A stretch of DNA of 64,000 nt, taken from contig CAYRYE010000002.1 in NCBI GenBank assembly GCA_964428655.1, forward strand, positions 183,156 through 247,155, read 5' to 3'. The position numbers and the translations under genes are program-made. Source of the stretch: an uncultured Gammaproteobacteria bacterium. GTDB lineage: Bacteria > Patescibacteriota > Microgenomatia > UBA12405 > JAHJSD01. The notes under the pieces are model-generated. The model worked only from the letters and a program-made list of their open reading frames with translations, had not been told where the DNA came from and ran no database searches. Shown piece after piece: positions 55,116-64,000 of the stretch (within the stretch, counting starts at the first letter, position 1; every line of letters begins with the position of its first letter).

Positions 55116-56528
55116 CTACTCCTCTTCCCCATACTTCGAAGAAAGAGTTTGGAGAAGAAGAACAATGTCTCTTCCATTAACAACACCATTGAAATCAACA
55201 TCAGCTACGGCTAGTTCTTCTGCATATTGATCAGCAAAAAGTCTTACTTTCATGTTGGTGAAATCAACACCGTTAACTATGCCGTCTTGAGCCATGTCTT
55301 TCTCTGGTTCTGGTAAATCACCAGGCTCAAGAGGAAGGCCAGTGAAATCAAAAGTATTTTCACCGGCATTAAGAGTTATTTTTCCTTCGCCAAGACAGCG
55401 TTCTGTTTGTTTATCTTCACAGAGCTTTCTGGAAAGGTGTTTAGGGCCTTTAATATAAATGGTGTAATTGTTACCAGGAGAAACTCCACTGAGAACTACC
55501 CTGCCTTTGAAGGCAGCTCCTTGATCTGGTTCTAATTGAACATCAGTAAATTGAGCAATTTGTTGAAATTCTTTTTTAATTTTGACTGAGACCTTGGGCA
55601 TTTCCTTAACACTGCTGCTGTCTAAAACACCAGTAAAGGTGACTTTGAAGTTAAGAATGGGAGTACCTGGTTGGGAAAGAAAAGCGGAAGTAGGGATGGG
55701 AGTGTTGACGACTGTTGGCGTTTCTGTTGGTGTGCGAATTGGAGCTCCACTACATTGGCCGGTGGCTGAATCACAGCCATTTGAACAACTGATTGTATTG
55801 GTCCATTGCCCGTTAACACACTCTTGAGATTTAGTATTGTTAACAATACATCTGGAGCCGGAAGTACACTCAGGCGTGGGGGTACCAGTAGGCACGGGTG
55901 TTAGAACTCCTGCTGGCGGCGTTGGCGTACTGGTTGGTGTCGGAGTACTGGTGGTTGGAACAGTAAAATTATAGGTAATCCCAATCTCATTATCGTTGTT
56001 TTGATTCTTTAATTCTATTTCTCTGTCAGCGCCTGTTGTTTCACCAACAACTTGATGTCGAGGATAGGATTTGTCTAGTTTGACTTGAGCAGTGCCATTG
56101 TTCCTGACTCTGAAATTAAGTTTAATTAGCGGCGCATTGATACTCAAGGTTCCAGTCATTCCTCCAGTGGTGGAAATAGCACTGATATTAACGGCGCCTT
56201 GGTTTTGATCGACTTGTTTTTGAATTACGGTGTTAAAAGCAGAGTGAATACTAACATCATTGCTAGAAGCAAGTTCTAATTTGTCTTGAGAATAAGTAAT
56301 CTTAATAGTAAAACCAGTCATTTTGCTGCTACCCAAATCGCCAATTAAATAAACTGGCATATTATCGCCAGCGCCTTTACTTCCTGCATCAGTAGGCAGA
56401 AACCAGACTTTGGCAGTGGTATAAGCAGCTCCTTTTCTTGTCTCCTGTCTTTGTCTGACTAAAATCAAACCTCCGATTAAGGCAAGAAGAAGAATTAAGA
56501 ATGGTAAAAATTTTAATAGTTTTTTCAT
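55116..56528 (-). CDS. secreted protein with N-terminal beta-sandwich (cohesin-like?) domain, PT linkers, Cys-rich module and C-terminal dockerin-like repeat pair
   Basis: Signal peptide; TPTPTSTPTPP linkers; CTSGSRCIVNNTKSQECVNGQWTNTISCSNGCDSATGQCSG; C-terminal DGIVNGVDFTNMKV and DVDFNGVVNGRDIVLLLQTL match the dockerin Ca-binding loop D-x-D/N-x-N/D-G-x-V-N-x-x-D plus helix. Confidence 0.65.
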   Translation of the reverse strand: MKKLLKFLPFLILLLALIGGLILVRQRQETRKGAAYTTAKVWFLPTDAGSKGAGDNMPVYLIGDLGSSKMTGFTIKITYSQDKLELASSNDVSIHSAFNTVIQKQVDQNQGAVNISAISTTGGMTGTLSINAPLIKLNFRVRNNGTAQVKLDKSYPRHQVVGETTGADREIELKNQNNDNEIGITYNFTVPTTSTPTPTSTPTPPAGVLTPVPTGTPTPECTSGSRCIVNNTKSQECVNGQWTNTISCSNGCDSATGQCSGAPIRTPTETPTVVNTPIPTSAFLSQPGTPILNFKVTFTGVLDSSSVKEMPKVSVKIKKEFQQIAQFTDVQLEPDQGAAFKGRVVLSGVSPGNNYTIYIKGPKHLSRKLCEDKQTERCLGEGKITLNAGENTFDFTGLPLEPGDLPEPEKDMAQDGIVNGVDFTNMKVRLFADQYAEELAVADVDFNGVVNGRDIVLLLQTLSSKYGEEE

Positions 56529-56533
56529 TTATT

Positions 56534-57232
56534 TTAAGGTGGCGGTGGATTAAACTCTTTAACCGCATCACCCCCAGGGGCTGCCGGTGTGTTGGTTGGG
56601 AGAACCGGTCCTGCGGGTGTATTAGTTGGGCCCCCTATAACCGGGGGTGTACTGGTTGGGAGAACCGGTCCTGCCGGTGTATTGGTTGGCACTGGAAAAT
56701 CCGGTACACAACAACAATCCCTTCTTGTGCCATAAGTCCCTAAAGGGACAAAACAATCTTCTGTATCTCCTATGTTAATTTCCCCAGCCTTGCAAGTTTC
56801 TAATCCAGGGTAAACAGCAGCTTCATCACAATACCCCGAAGAATAACCTTGGCTAACACATTTTGAATTGCACCCGCCTGCTTCCCTTGTTGGCTGTGGC
56901 CCTGGTTCCCTTGTTGGTTGTGGAGTTAAGGCGAGCTTGTAATTCTCCAGCCAATAAGTAAAATCAATTAAATCAACTCTACCACTGCAATCAATATCAC
57001 TCCTGGATCGAGTGTCACATGAAGCATTTCCAGAAAAATCCTCTTTTTGAACATCATCTAAGCTTTCCCCCAAAACAAAACCCGACTCTTTATACTTTTG
57101 TTCAAAGGCTAAATTTTGCTTTTTCTCTTCTTGAAGGTAAAAAGCTTTTACTCCTAAGATGGGCAAACAAATTAAAACACTCCCTAAAAAAACTAAACTC
57201 ACTAAAAATCTCCAGTCAGTTTGTCTAACCAT
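56534..57232 (-). CDS. secreted dockerin-like/Cys-rich protein with PT-rich repeats (232 aa)
   Basis: Signal anchor; CDTRSRSDIDCSGRVDLIDFTYWLENY (dockerin-like loop plus helix with flanking Cys); 8-Cys module; tandem PTNTPAGPVLPT repeats encoded by about 40-nt DNA repeats at 56570-56700. Confidence 0.6.
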   Translation of the reverse strand: MVRQTDWRFLVSLVFLGSVLICLPILGVKAFYLQEEKKQNLAFEQKYKESGFVLGESLDDVQKEDFSGNASCDTRSRSDIDCSGRVDLIDFTYWLENYKLALTPQPTREPGPQPTREAGGCNSKCVSQGYSSGYCDEAAVYPGLETCKAGEINIGDTEDCFVPLGTYGTRRDCCCVPDFPVPTNTPAGPVLPTSTPPVIGGPTNTPAGPVLPTNTPAAPGGDAVKEFNPPPP

Positions 57233-57311
57233 ACATAATCATTCTGAAATAGTTTTTATTGGTTGTCAAGAAGTAATCGCAACGATATTACTTCTCAATT
57301 AAAGTCAACTC

Positions 57312-57337
57312 CGCGCCGCCGGCAAAGCCTTTGGCGA
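57312..57337 (+). repeat. 26-nt GC-rich motif GCGCCGCCGGCAAAGCCTTTGGCGAC (copy 2), intergenic between EEP-dockerin gene and Cys-rich dockerin gene
   Basis: See 21846..21871. Confidence 0.7.
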
Positions 57338-57386
57338 CACACGATCAGTGTTGCCAAACTTATCATTTTTCATCTGTTAAAAATAA

Positions 57387-58940
57387 TCAAAACGCTTTTC
57401 CTCTGATAATTTCCTGGCGATCAACCTTCCGATAACTCTCCAACCAGATATCAAAGTCAATTAAATCGACAGTGTGGTTAGGTTTGTCTTGTTCCTGGCA
57501 ATTAAAGTCAACTTTGGTTTTGTCTGATTGGGAAACAAATTGGCTGTTTAATATCTTTTGATAGACTTCAAGCCATAAAGAAAAGTCAATTAAATCAACC
57601 TTGCCGTCACAATCAGCATCACCCGGAGAACAGGAAGAACAGAAACGAATGGGGGTAGAAGTATTAGTTGGTCTGGGAGTATTAATAGCTGTTGGCCTTG
57701 GAGTGCTGGTGGGACGAGGGGTGGGAGTGGGGGTTTCAAGATAAGGTAAAATCCTGATCCAATCAATCTCCACCTTGGCGCCGATAGCAGAATTCCTGGT
57801 AATGGGGTCTATTCTCCAGAAATTAACCATACCACGCCAATTGGAATCTCTGCCAACAGGAATAGAGTATTCGTGCCAGCGATTGTCGGCAAAAACAGTA
57901 AAAGCTGTCAAATAAAAATTCACCCCTTTGTACCAATAAATATAGCCAAGTTGGGTGCCTCCCTTGCTAATCTTCATTCTTATCTTAATAGTTTGATTTT
58001 CATTTACATAAAAACTAAAATCTTTTGGTGAAAAAACATAGGGGTCAGTTCCAGTGATATCAAAGTTCAAAATACCATTACGAGAAGAGAGATTATTGGT
58101 TGAGCTGCTTTCATCCCAAAGCCACCAGCCTTCAGTGTTACCATCAGGCAAAAAGTCCCACTGGATTGCGCTAACAGGAGGAGTTCCATTGTAAAATTCA
58201 CCAATAACAGGATAGTGGTCAGATTTCTCAAATCCATGATCAATAATCACTTCTAGAGGAACAAAATTAAAAGGTGGTCTATTTTTAAACATAATGTGAT
58301 CTATCTTGCCAGTTTTTTGAATAGTAGTGTAGCGACTCGATGTCATCTTTAGAGCCACCTGATAGCCATCAGTATAGCCCTCTATCTTAAAACGAGGATC
58401 AATCGCGTCTAAGTTAAAATCGCCTAAAACAAAAACTGTTTCGCTTTCATATTCCCTTAGTTTAGGAACTAGTTCATTTATCAAAGTTGAAACATTAAGG
58501 TGTGGCAAAGGGTGATAGTTAAAAAATCTTATTGATTTTGAATTAATCTCAATTCTAAAGGTCTGAAGCTTGGAACCTTCACTAAAATTAAAAACTTCAT
58601 ACTCTCTAATAGGATAGCGGCTTAGAACTACTTGATAAATATCGCCTATTGCCCCATACCTTCTCCTGTAAACGTGTCTTCCATGCATCGGATATCCAAT
58701 GCTAGAAAGATGATTTAGAAGTTCTTGAAACTTATTGCTATCACCGCTAGATTCTTGGATACCGACAATATCAATTTTTTTAGCCTTGATATAATCAGCC
58801 AAAACCCTCTCTGTGGCCCCATCTAGGCCTAGGTGAATATTGTAGGTTAGAAGTCTAATTCGTTCCCCTTCAGCAAAAAGTTGTTTAGGGAAATAAAAAG
58901 AAAGGGCCAAACAAATTAAAAAAACTATTTTTTTTCTCAT
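57387..58940 (-). CDS. secreted endonuclease/exonuclease/phosphatase (EEP)-family hydrolase fused to beta-sandwich domain, PT linker and C-terminal Cys-flanked dockerin-like module
   Basis: EEP-like N-terminal domain (LLTYNIHLG...GIQE...VLGDFN...SDHYPV); TPTPTPRPTSTPRPT linker; CSSCSPGDADCDGKVDLIDFSLWLEVY and HTVDLIDFDIWLESY. Confidence 0.75.
   Translation of the reverse strand: MRKKIVFLICLALSFYFPKQLFAEGERIRLLTYNIHLGLDGATERVLADYIKAKKIDIVGIQESSGDSNKFQELLNHLSSIGYPMHGRHVYRRRYGAIGDIYQVVLSRYPIREYEVFNFSEGSKLQTFRIEINSKSIRFFNYHPLPHLNVSTLINELVPKLREYESETVFVLGDFNLDAIDPRFKIEGYTDGYQVALKMTSSRYTTIQKTGKIDHIMFKNRPPFNFVPLEVIIDHGFEKSDHYPVIGEFYNGTPPVSAIQWDFLPDGNTEGWWLWDESSSTNNLSSRNGILNFDITGTDPYVFSPKDFSFYVNENQTIKIRMKISKGGTQLGYIYWYKGVNFYLTAFTVFADNRWHEYSIPVGRDSNWRGMVNFWRIDPITRNSAIGAKVEIDWIRILPYLETPTPTPRPTSTPRPTAINTPRPTNTSTPIRFCSSCSPGDADCDGKVDLIDFSLWLEVYQKILNSQFVSQSDKTKVDFNCQEQDKPNHTVDLIDFDIWLESYRKVDRQEIIRGKAF
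57431..57729 (-). repeat. 299-bp segment identical to 61634..61932 (encodes PT linker plus dockerin-like module)
   Basis: Base-by-base comparison of the two 3' gene ends shows identity over about 299 nt, diverging on both sides. Confidence 0.85.
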
Positions 58941-59026
58941 CTGACTACTATTATATTACAAATATATCACACCAACGCCAAATAACGGAGATAGCTAAGA
59001 GGATAATTTCTCTACATTATGGCAGA

Positions 59027-60148
59027 TTATTGAAGGACTGTTAAGGGGTTTAACTTAGCACCGTTTTTGAATACTTCAAAGTGCAAGTGGATTCCTGTTG
59101 ATCTTCCCGTTGAACCCATCTGGCCAATAGCTTGACCAGAAGAAACTGCTTGACCGGCTTTAACTTGAATTCTGGCTAAATGACCATAAAGAGTTTGGTA
59201 GCCATTGCCATGATCAACAACAATGTGATTACCATAACCAACTCGGCTATGAATCACACTGGCCACCTTACCTCCAGCGGCCGCTACGACACTGGGAGCG
59301 TTTTTATTAGCGATATCAATGGCTCGATGATACCAGGTATAACGTTGGGAGACCTTTCCTGAAGTGGGCCAGATAAATGTTCCTTCGCCGGCAGAAACAG
59401 TAACTTCTTTTTGAGCAATATAGGTGGGAGGCGCGACCGGTTTTACTTTAGGCATAATTCCATCGGGAATAATTAGGCTTTGACCAACTGCCAAAGCAAA
59501 AGTCTCATCATTGGCAAAAGTATTAAAAGGAAAATCAACAATTGGCTGAGCATTGGCTTGATACTTCTTAGCAATAGAATAGATTGTCTCTCCTCTTTGG
59601 ACCTTATGAATAATTCCCGTTACTGGAGGAACCTTCAATCTGTCACCAGGTTTAATTTTGGTAACTGACTTAATTTTATTAGCCCAAATAACAGTGTCTA
59701 TGGAGACACCGAATTTATTGGCAATTGAAGAAACAGTGTCTCCTTGACGAACAACATATTCGACAATCTCGCCCCGAGGATGGGCGGATTCAATGGTAGC
59801 CACATTTTGGGCCTCCTCAGAATAAGCGGCCAGAGCAGAACTAGGCGAATAGGTATCCCAATCAAAGTCCTGCTTTCTTAAACTTGCTTCAATCTCGGGA
59901 GTCAAGGCAATGCCTGAGAACAGGAAAAGAGCCAGCCAGAAATGAGCAAATGGTTGTGACCAGCGACCCCTCTGGCGGTACAAAAGAGCAGAAAAAAAAC
60001 TTTTAACCGCCTCAAAGCTATAAAAAAGCCTCAAAACAAGGCTTTTAAAAAAGAAAAAGTAAGCGAGAAAAAAGTCACGCCAGTCGTGGAGACAAGCTTT
60101 GGATAGTTTTCTAAACTTCTTAAACACTTGAAATTTTCTCTTATTCAC
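59027..60148 (-). CDS. LysM-domain M23 family metallopeptidase (cell-wall hydrolase)
   Basis: N-terminal TM; two LysM repeats (VRQGDTVSSIANKFGVSIDTVIWANKI, VQRGETIYSIAKKYQANAQPIV); C-terminal M23 core GYGNHIVVDHGNGYQTLYGHLARIQVKAGQAV...GSTGRSTGIHLHFEV. Confidence 0.85.
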   Translation of the reverse strand: MNKRKFQVFKKFRKLSKACLHDWRDFFLAYFFFFKSLVLRLFYSFEAVKSFFSALLYRQRGRWSQPFAHFWLALFLFSGIALTPEIEASLRKQDFDWDTYSPSSALAAYSEEAQNVATIESAHPRGEIVEYVVRQGDTVSSIANKFGVSIDTVIWANKIKSVTKIKPGDRLKVPPVTGIIHKVQRGETIYSIAKKYQANAQPIVDFPFNTFANDETFALAVGQSLIIPDGIMPKVKPVAPPTYIAQKEVTVSAGEGTFIWPTSGKVSQRYTWYHRAIDIANKNAPSVVAAAGGKVASVIHSRVGYGNHIVVDHGNGYQTLYGHLARIQVKAGQAVSSGQAIGQMGSTGRSTGIHLHFEVFKNGAKLNPLTVLQ

Positions 60149-61397
60149 CTTTCGCCACTACTTTTTTCAAAAATTCCTTATTATTTTTGGTCTTTTTTAA
60201 CTGCTCGATGAAAAGCTCAGTCCGTTCTTTTTCACCCAAAAGGTCAATTATTCTTCTCATCCTAGCAATCAGCTTCATCTTTTTTTCCCCAAACAATAAT
60301 TCCTCTTTACGAGTGCCTGATTTTTGGATATCAAAGGCCGGGAATATCCTTCTTTCAGCCAAACCTCGACTAAGGTGAAGCTCCATATTGCCAGTACCCT
60401 TGAATTCCTCATAAATTAACTCGTCCATCCGGCTGCCAGTATCAATTAGGGTGGTGCCAATAATAGTCAGCGACCCGCCATCTTCAATATTCCGAGCTGC
60501 TCCTAAAAACTGCTTGGCCGGATATAAAGCAGTGGGGTCGAAACCACCAGATAAAGTTCTGCCTGAAGTAGGCGTTGCCAAATTATAGGCTCGAGCCAAC
60601 CTGGTGATCGAGTCCAGAATGATGAAAACATGCCTGCCTTGTTCAACCAATCTTTTGGCTCGCTCCAAAGCAATCTCGGCAGCTCTAACCTGACAAATAG
60701 GAGATTCATCAAAATTAGAAGCAATCACTTCACCCTTAACACTCCGAGTAATATCAGTTACCTCCTCCGGACGCTCGCCAATCAAAGCCGCCATCAAATG
60801 GATATCGGGATGATTTTCGGAAACACCGGCGGCAATATCCTTTAAGAGCCAGGTTTTGCCTGCCTTTGGCGGTGAAACAATCAAACCCCGCTGACCAAAA
60901 CCAATTGGAGCAATTAAATCTATCATTCGGGTAGAAACAACCTCTGATTTAGTCTCTAGCTCAATCTGGGGTTGAGGATAAATTGGGCTAAGTTGATCAA
61001 ACCCAGGTTTATCAGCTACTTTTTCAATGGGGATGTCATTGATTTTTTCCACCTTTAATAAGCCAAAGTAGCGCTCATTTTCTTTTGGCTGCCGCACCTG
61101 CCCTCCTACCATATCTCCTTTCCGAAGCTTAAAACGACGAATCTGAGAATTAGAAATATAGATATCGTCGTGGGAAGGAATAAAATTTGGCCTTAAAAAA
61201 CCATGCCCTTCGGGCATAACAGCCAAAACTCCCTCGTGGAAATTAGTGGGAACATCGGCATCAGGAATAATCCGGCCATCAACTTCTAAAAGCTGGCTAG
61301 GTGTCGCTATCACTCCTTCAACTTTTGATTTCTCCAAATCATCGGCAGTAACAACCACATCAGAAGATGGCTTAGGCTTAGTAGTTCTTGGAACCAT
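60141..61397 (-). CDS. rho: transcription termination factor Rho
   Basis: 418 aa; N-terminal RNA-binding OB (RFKLRKGDMVGGQVR), Walker A GQRGLIVSPPKAGKT, conserved Q- and R-loops; 8-nt overlap with downstream M23 gene. Confidence 0.9.
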   Translation of the reverse strand: MVPRTTKPKPSSDVVVTADDLEKSKVEGVIATPSQLLEVDGRIIPDADVPTNFHEGVLAVMPEGHGFLRPNFIPSHDDIYISNSQIRRFKLRKGDMVGGQVRQPKENERYFGLLKVEKINDIPIEKVADKPGFDQLSPIYPQPQIELETKSEVVSTRMIDLIAPIGFGQRGLIVSPPKAGKTWLLKDIAAGVSENHPDIHLMAALIGERPEEVTDITRSVKGEVIASNFDESPICQVRAAEIALERAKRLVEQGRHVFIILDSITRLARAYNLATPTSGRTLSGGFDPTALYPAKQFLGAARNIEDGGSLTIIGTTLIDTGSRMDELIYEEFKGTGNMELHLSRGLAERRIFPAFDIQKSGTRKEELLFGEKKMKLIARMRRIIDLLGEKERTELFIEQLKKTKNNKEFLKKVVAKGE

Positions 61398-61619
61398 ATA
61401 ATCTCCTTTTATTAATAATTAATAACACAACAAAGAGTTAAAGAGATGATAAAAAGATGTCACAATGAAAAAATGGGCACTAATTAATTCAAATCCATGA
61501 AAACAAATTACTTTTCTATTTTATAGAATCTGCGAGGCCTTATCTAAACTGGGCTATTTATAGCAAATCAAACCTCTCTTGTCAAGCGCTACAACCTGTC
61601 AACCTTTAAAATTACAGAA

Positions 61620-63470
61620 TCAAGGCGTCCTTTGATAACTCTCCAACCAGATATCAAAGTCAATTAAATCGACAGTGTGGTTAGGTTTGTCTTGTTCCTG
61701 GCAATTAAAGTCAACTTTGGTTTTGTCTGATTGGGAAACAAATTGGCTGTTTAATATCTTTTGATAGACTTCAAGCCATAAAGAAAAGTCAATTAAATCA
61801 ACCTTGCCGTCACAATCAGCATCACCCGGAGAACAGGAAGAACAGAAACGAATGGGGGTAGAAGTATTAGTTGGTCTGGGAGTATTAATAGCTGTTGGCC
61901 TTGGAGTGCTGGTGGGACGAGGGGTGGGAGTGAAAGTTGGAGTAATTACTAATTGAGAAAGTTGAGGATAATGGCCAAATTGATAAACAAAATTCCAGAT
62001 TCTGCCCTTACTGAAATTCTTATTCCCATACCTTGTAATCTGATTGCCATCAGTATCGATAAAGGGAGTAATTATACCATTAGCAACATCTTTAACAAAA
62101 GCATTTTTGTGAAATAAACAAGCCTCCAGGCTGATCACGCTTGGATCCTGCTCAAGGCTATTAAATGAGTTAGGCGCGGGAGGCCTGGTAAAACTGGTAC
62201 TTGAGGGGGTAAAGAAGTCAGTAAAGGTAGCACTCATAAACTGGACATTATTCAATCCCTCCTTATCAAAACCATTAGTGTCATTGGAGACTCTAAATAT
62301 AAGGTGTCTGTTATTAAAGCTTCTGTTATTTGCAAAAGCGAGCGACGAATATCTACCATCATTAAGCAAATCTTTTATTTCCCATCTCATATCACCAGCC
62401 TTTGTAAACATTTTTCCTTCATCAAGTGGCCGATAGTATGCTGGAGGAATTGTGGTTCTGCCTCTTTCTGTTTTATAAATATGGGAAAAACCCAGAAGGT
62501 CTCGAAAGTTTCCGTCTCGAGGATTAGATTGATATACATCTGATGGCTCTTTTATCCTGTCTATTTGAGTAACACTACTATTAGTTAAATAAACTGATCG
62601 CTCATCCGGAGTTCCCCAAGTAAACCTATAATAAGCATTGGCTTTGTGGGCAAGATACTTTAGAGGGGTAAAGTAATCATTAACCTCACAAGAATTCCAG
62701 ATTACCGCCACTTCATTTATAGGCCCCATTGCCTCGAGAACCGGATTAACTTCTATGAGGGGATACTCATTGTTAATGCGGTAAGAAATAATGTAATTAA
62801 TCTTGTTTCCATTAATCGTTTCTTTGTTAAGCAAAGCATTTCTCATTGTGCCGGAAAACCAATAAATATCAGCAGTGCCTATACCCGTTGGCATATTTTT
62901 TTGAGGAAAATAATTTCCGCTCAAAGGGGCACCATTAGTAGAAAAGTTAGCAAAATAAGCATTTCCTGTATCTTCTCCCGAGCCTATCTGAACAGCCAAA
63001 ACACAGCCATCGCTTTCTCTATAACCGCTCCTGCCAAGTTCATTAACTACTCCTGCCACTCTATCACCAAATTTGAAATTTGGATTGCTGTTGTTTCCGT
63101 TTATGGTCCAAAAACCCTTCATCATGCCCCCACCACTGCCTGTTTTATTTACCTGCCTCACTGTTGTAACAGTGTTCTTTATCCAAGTGAAATAATGTTT
63201 AGTCAAAATAAGAAGATCGTGCCGGCCAAAATGTTCCAGGGGTTGACTGGGATGAGAAATAATGGAATTTTCTGCAGTGCGAGCAATCTGATTAACAATA
63301 GAAGAAGACGCCGCCGTGTAGTTTCTCACTAGTAATGCGCTATGCACCCCCTGAACTGACACTTCAGTAAACGCTTCTATTTTTGCAGGAAAACCAACCA
63401 GAAACAATACTAAAAAGCCTAAAATAGAAGATAACAAGAGAAAATTTTTACTCTGATGTGTTTTTTTCAT
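61620..63470 (-). CDS. secreted protein of unknown function (616 aa) with C-terminal PT linker and dockerin-like module identical to that of the EEP hydrolase
   Basis: Signal peptide; large N-terminal domain without recognisable motifs; last about 100 aa identical to C-terminal region of 57387..58940 product. Confidence 0.7.
   Translation of the reverse strand: MKKTHQSKNFLLLSSILGFLVLFLVGFPAKIEAFTEVSVQGVHSALLVRNYTAASSSIVNQIARTAENSIISHPSQPLEHFGRHDLLILTKHYFTWIKNTVTTVRQVNKTGSGGGMMKGFWTINGNNSNPNFKFGDRVAGVVNELGRSGYRESDGCVLAVQIGSGEDTGNAYFANFSTNGAPLSGNYFPQKNMPTGIGTADIYWFSGTMRNALLNKETINGNKINYIISYRINNEYPLIEVNPVLEAMGPINEVAVIWNSCEVNDYFTPLKYLAHKANAYYRFTWGTPDERSVYLTNSSVTQIDRIKEPSDVYQSNPRDGNFRDLLGFSHIYKTERGRTTIPPAYYRPLDEGKMFTKAGDMRWEIKDLLNDGRYSSLAFANNRSFNNRHLIFRVSNDTNGFDKEGLNNVQFMSATFTDFFTPSSTSFTRPPAPNSFNSLEQDPSVISLEACLFHKNAFVKDVANGIITPFIDTDGNQITRYGNKNFSKGRIWNFVYQFGHYPQLSQLVITPTFTPTPRPTSTPRPTAINTPRPTNTSTPIRFCSSCSPGDADCDGKVDLIDFSLWLEVYQKILNSQFVSQSDKTKVDFNCQEQDKPNHTVDLIDFDIWLESYQRTP
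61634..61932 (-). repeat. second copy of the 299-bp dockerin-module duplication
   Basis: See 57431..57729. Confidence 0.85.
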
Positions 63471-63571
63471 AACGATTAAGTTTATCTTATTCCTGCATCA
63501 TTTTTATTTAAGAATAGCATAATCATTATAATGCTTTCTCCTAACGAAGAAAATGTTACAATATCACTAAT

Positions 63572-64000
63572 ATGCAGTTCCTGCTCATTAAAGTTCCGAA
63601 GGGCAACGAGTACACCATTGAACAAACTTATGCTCTGCTTTCAAATTTAGTAGAGGCGAAAAAATTCAGTTTATTTTCGAGAAAAAAAACAATCATTTAC
63701 TCTTTGGAGATCATTTGTCTTGAACAAAAAATTTACTTTGTTGTTGGCGTACCTGAAACAAAGGTTGAGTTTTTCAAAGCCCAGCTTTTAGCTCAATTTA
63801 AGGAAGCAATGATTGAAAAATTCGATAGTTTACCGGTGTTGCGTACCTCAGCAACACCCGGTGTTGCCAATTTTACGCAATTAATTTTGGCTAGGCCGGA
63901 TTATTTGGCGTTGAAAACCACAGAAGAGTTTAAAGAAACCGACCCTTTGTCATCAGTTTTAGCAACTATGGCTAAAGCGGCTGACCCTAAACAATTTTTT
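63572..64000 (+). CDS. hypothetical protein, 5' partial in window (143 codons, runs off the 3' edge)
   Basis: Manual translation MQFLLIKVPKGNEYTIEQTYALLSNLVEAKKFSLFSRKKT... stays open to position 64000. Confidence 0.4.
   Translation, partial: MQFLLIKVPKGNEYTIEQTYALLSNLVEAKKFSLFSRKKTIIYSLEIICLEQKIYFVVGVPETKVEFFKAQLLAQFKEAMIEKFDSLPVLRTSATPGVANFTQLILARPDYLALKTTEEFKETDPLSSVLATMAKAADPKQFF

Noticed and set aside
59180-60845. Short plus-strand ORFs inside the minus-strand rho and M23 genes
   Set aside because: They are antisense to strongly supported conserved genes.

Overview
This 64 kb window is AT-rich (roughly mid-30s % GC), densely coded and has small intergenic spacers. Its content looks like a Patescibacteria/CPR-type genome: many secreted or membrane-anchored proteins, giant repeat proteins, dockerin-like modules and O-antigen-ligase/TPR membrane proteins. 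That taxonomic reading is inference from the sequence.

Housekeeping genes that can be called with confidence are argS, leuS, rho, comEA, a two-gene split comEC, an M16 peptidase, a LysM-M23 peptidase, a frameshifted B12-binding radical SAM gene, a VapBC toxin-antitoxin pair and tRNA-Gly(GCC).

The most unusual region is 32.4-53.1 kb. It holds two giant surface-protein genes of 2457 and 3849 aa. Tyrosine-recombinase-like N-terminal (SAM-like core-binding) domains appear there both as a standalone tandem-domain ORF and fused as a cytoplasmic N-terminal anchor ahead of a transmembrane helix on the 3849-aa protein. The 2457-aa protein has about 18 novel 48-aa Cys repeats and about 8 LamG domains. 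The 3849-aa protein has about 21 near-identical GNVGIGTTxP repeats and a Gly-Tyr repeat island. A 70-aa C-terminal domain is shared between the 3849-aa protein and the following TPR protein.

A second notable region is 55-63.5 kb: a cluster of dockerin-like-module proteins with cohesin-like, Cys-rich, EEP-hydrolase and unknown N-terminal domains. It includes a 299-bp exact duplication of a dockerin-encoding 3' gene end.

Other anomalies:
- three GC-rich ORF-poor islands (about 16.1-16.9 kb, 24.16-24.67 kb and 3.38-3.65 kb) that may encode structured ncRNAs I could not identify;
- heptanucleotide tandem repeats embedded in-frame in argS, leuS and a membrane-protein gene;
- a 26-nt GC-rich motif present twice;
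- a csc-like cell-surface gene cluster at 26-31 kb with a duplicated signal-peptide-coding segment;
- a GC-rich, probably horizontally acquired secreted-protein gene with a structured leader.

No CRISPR array, rRNA, transposase or prophage was seen.
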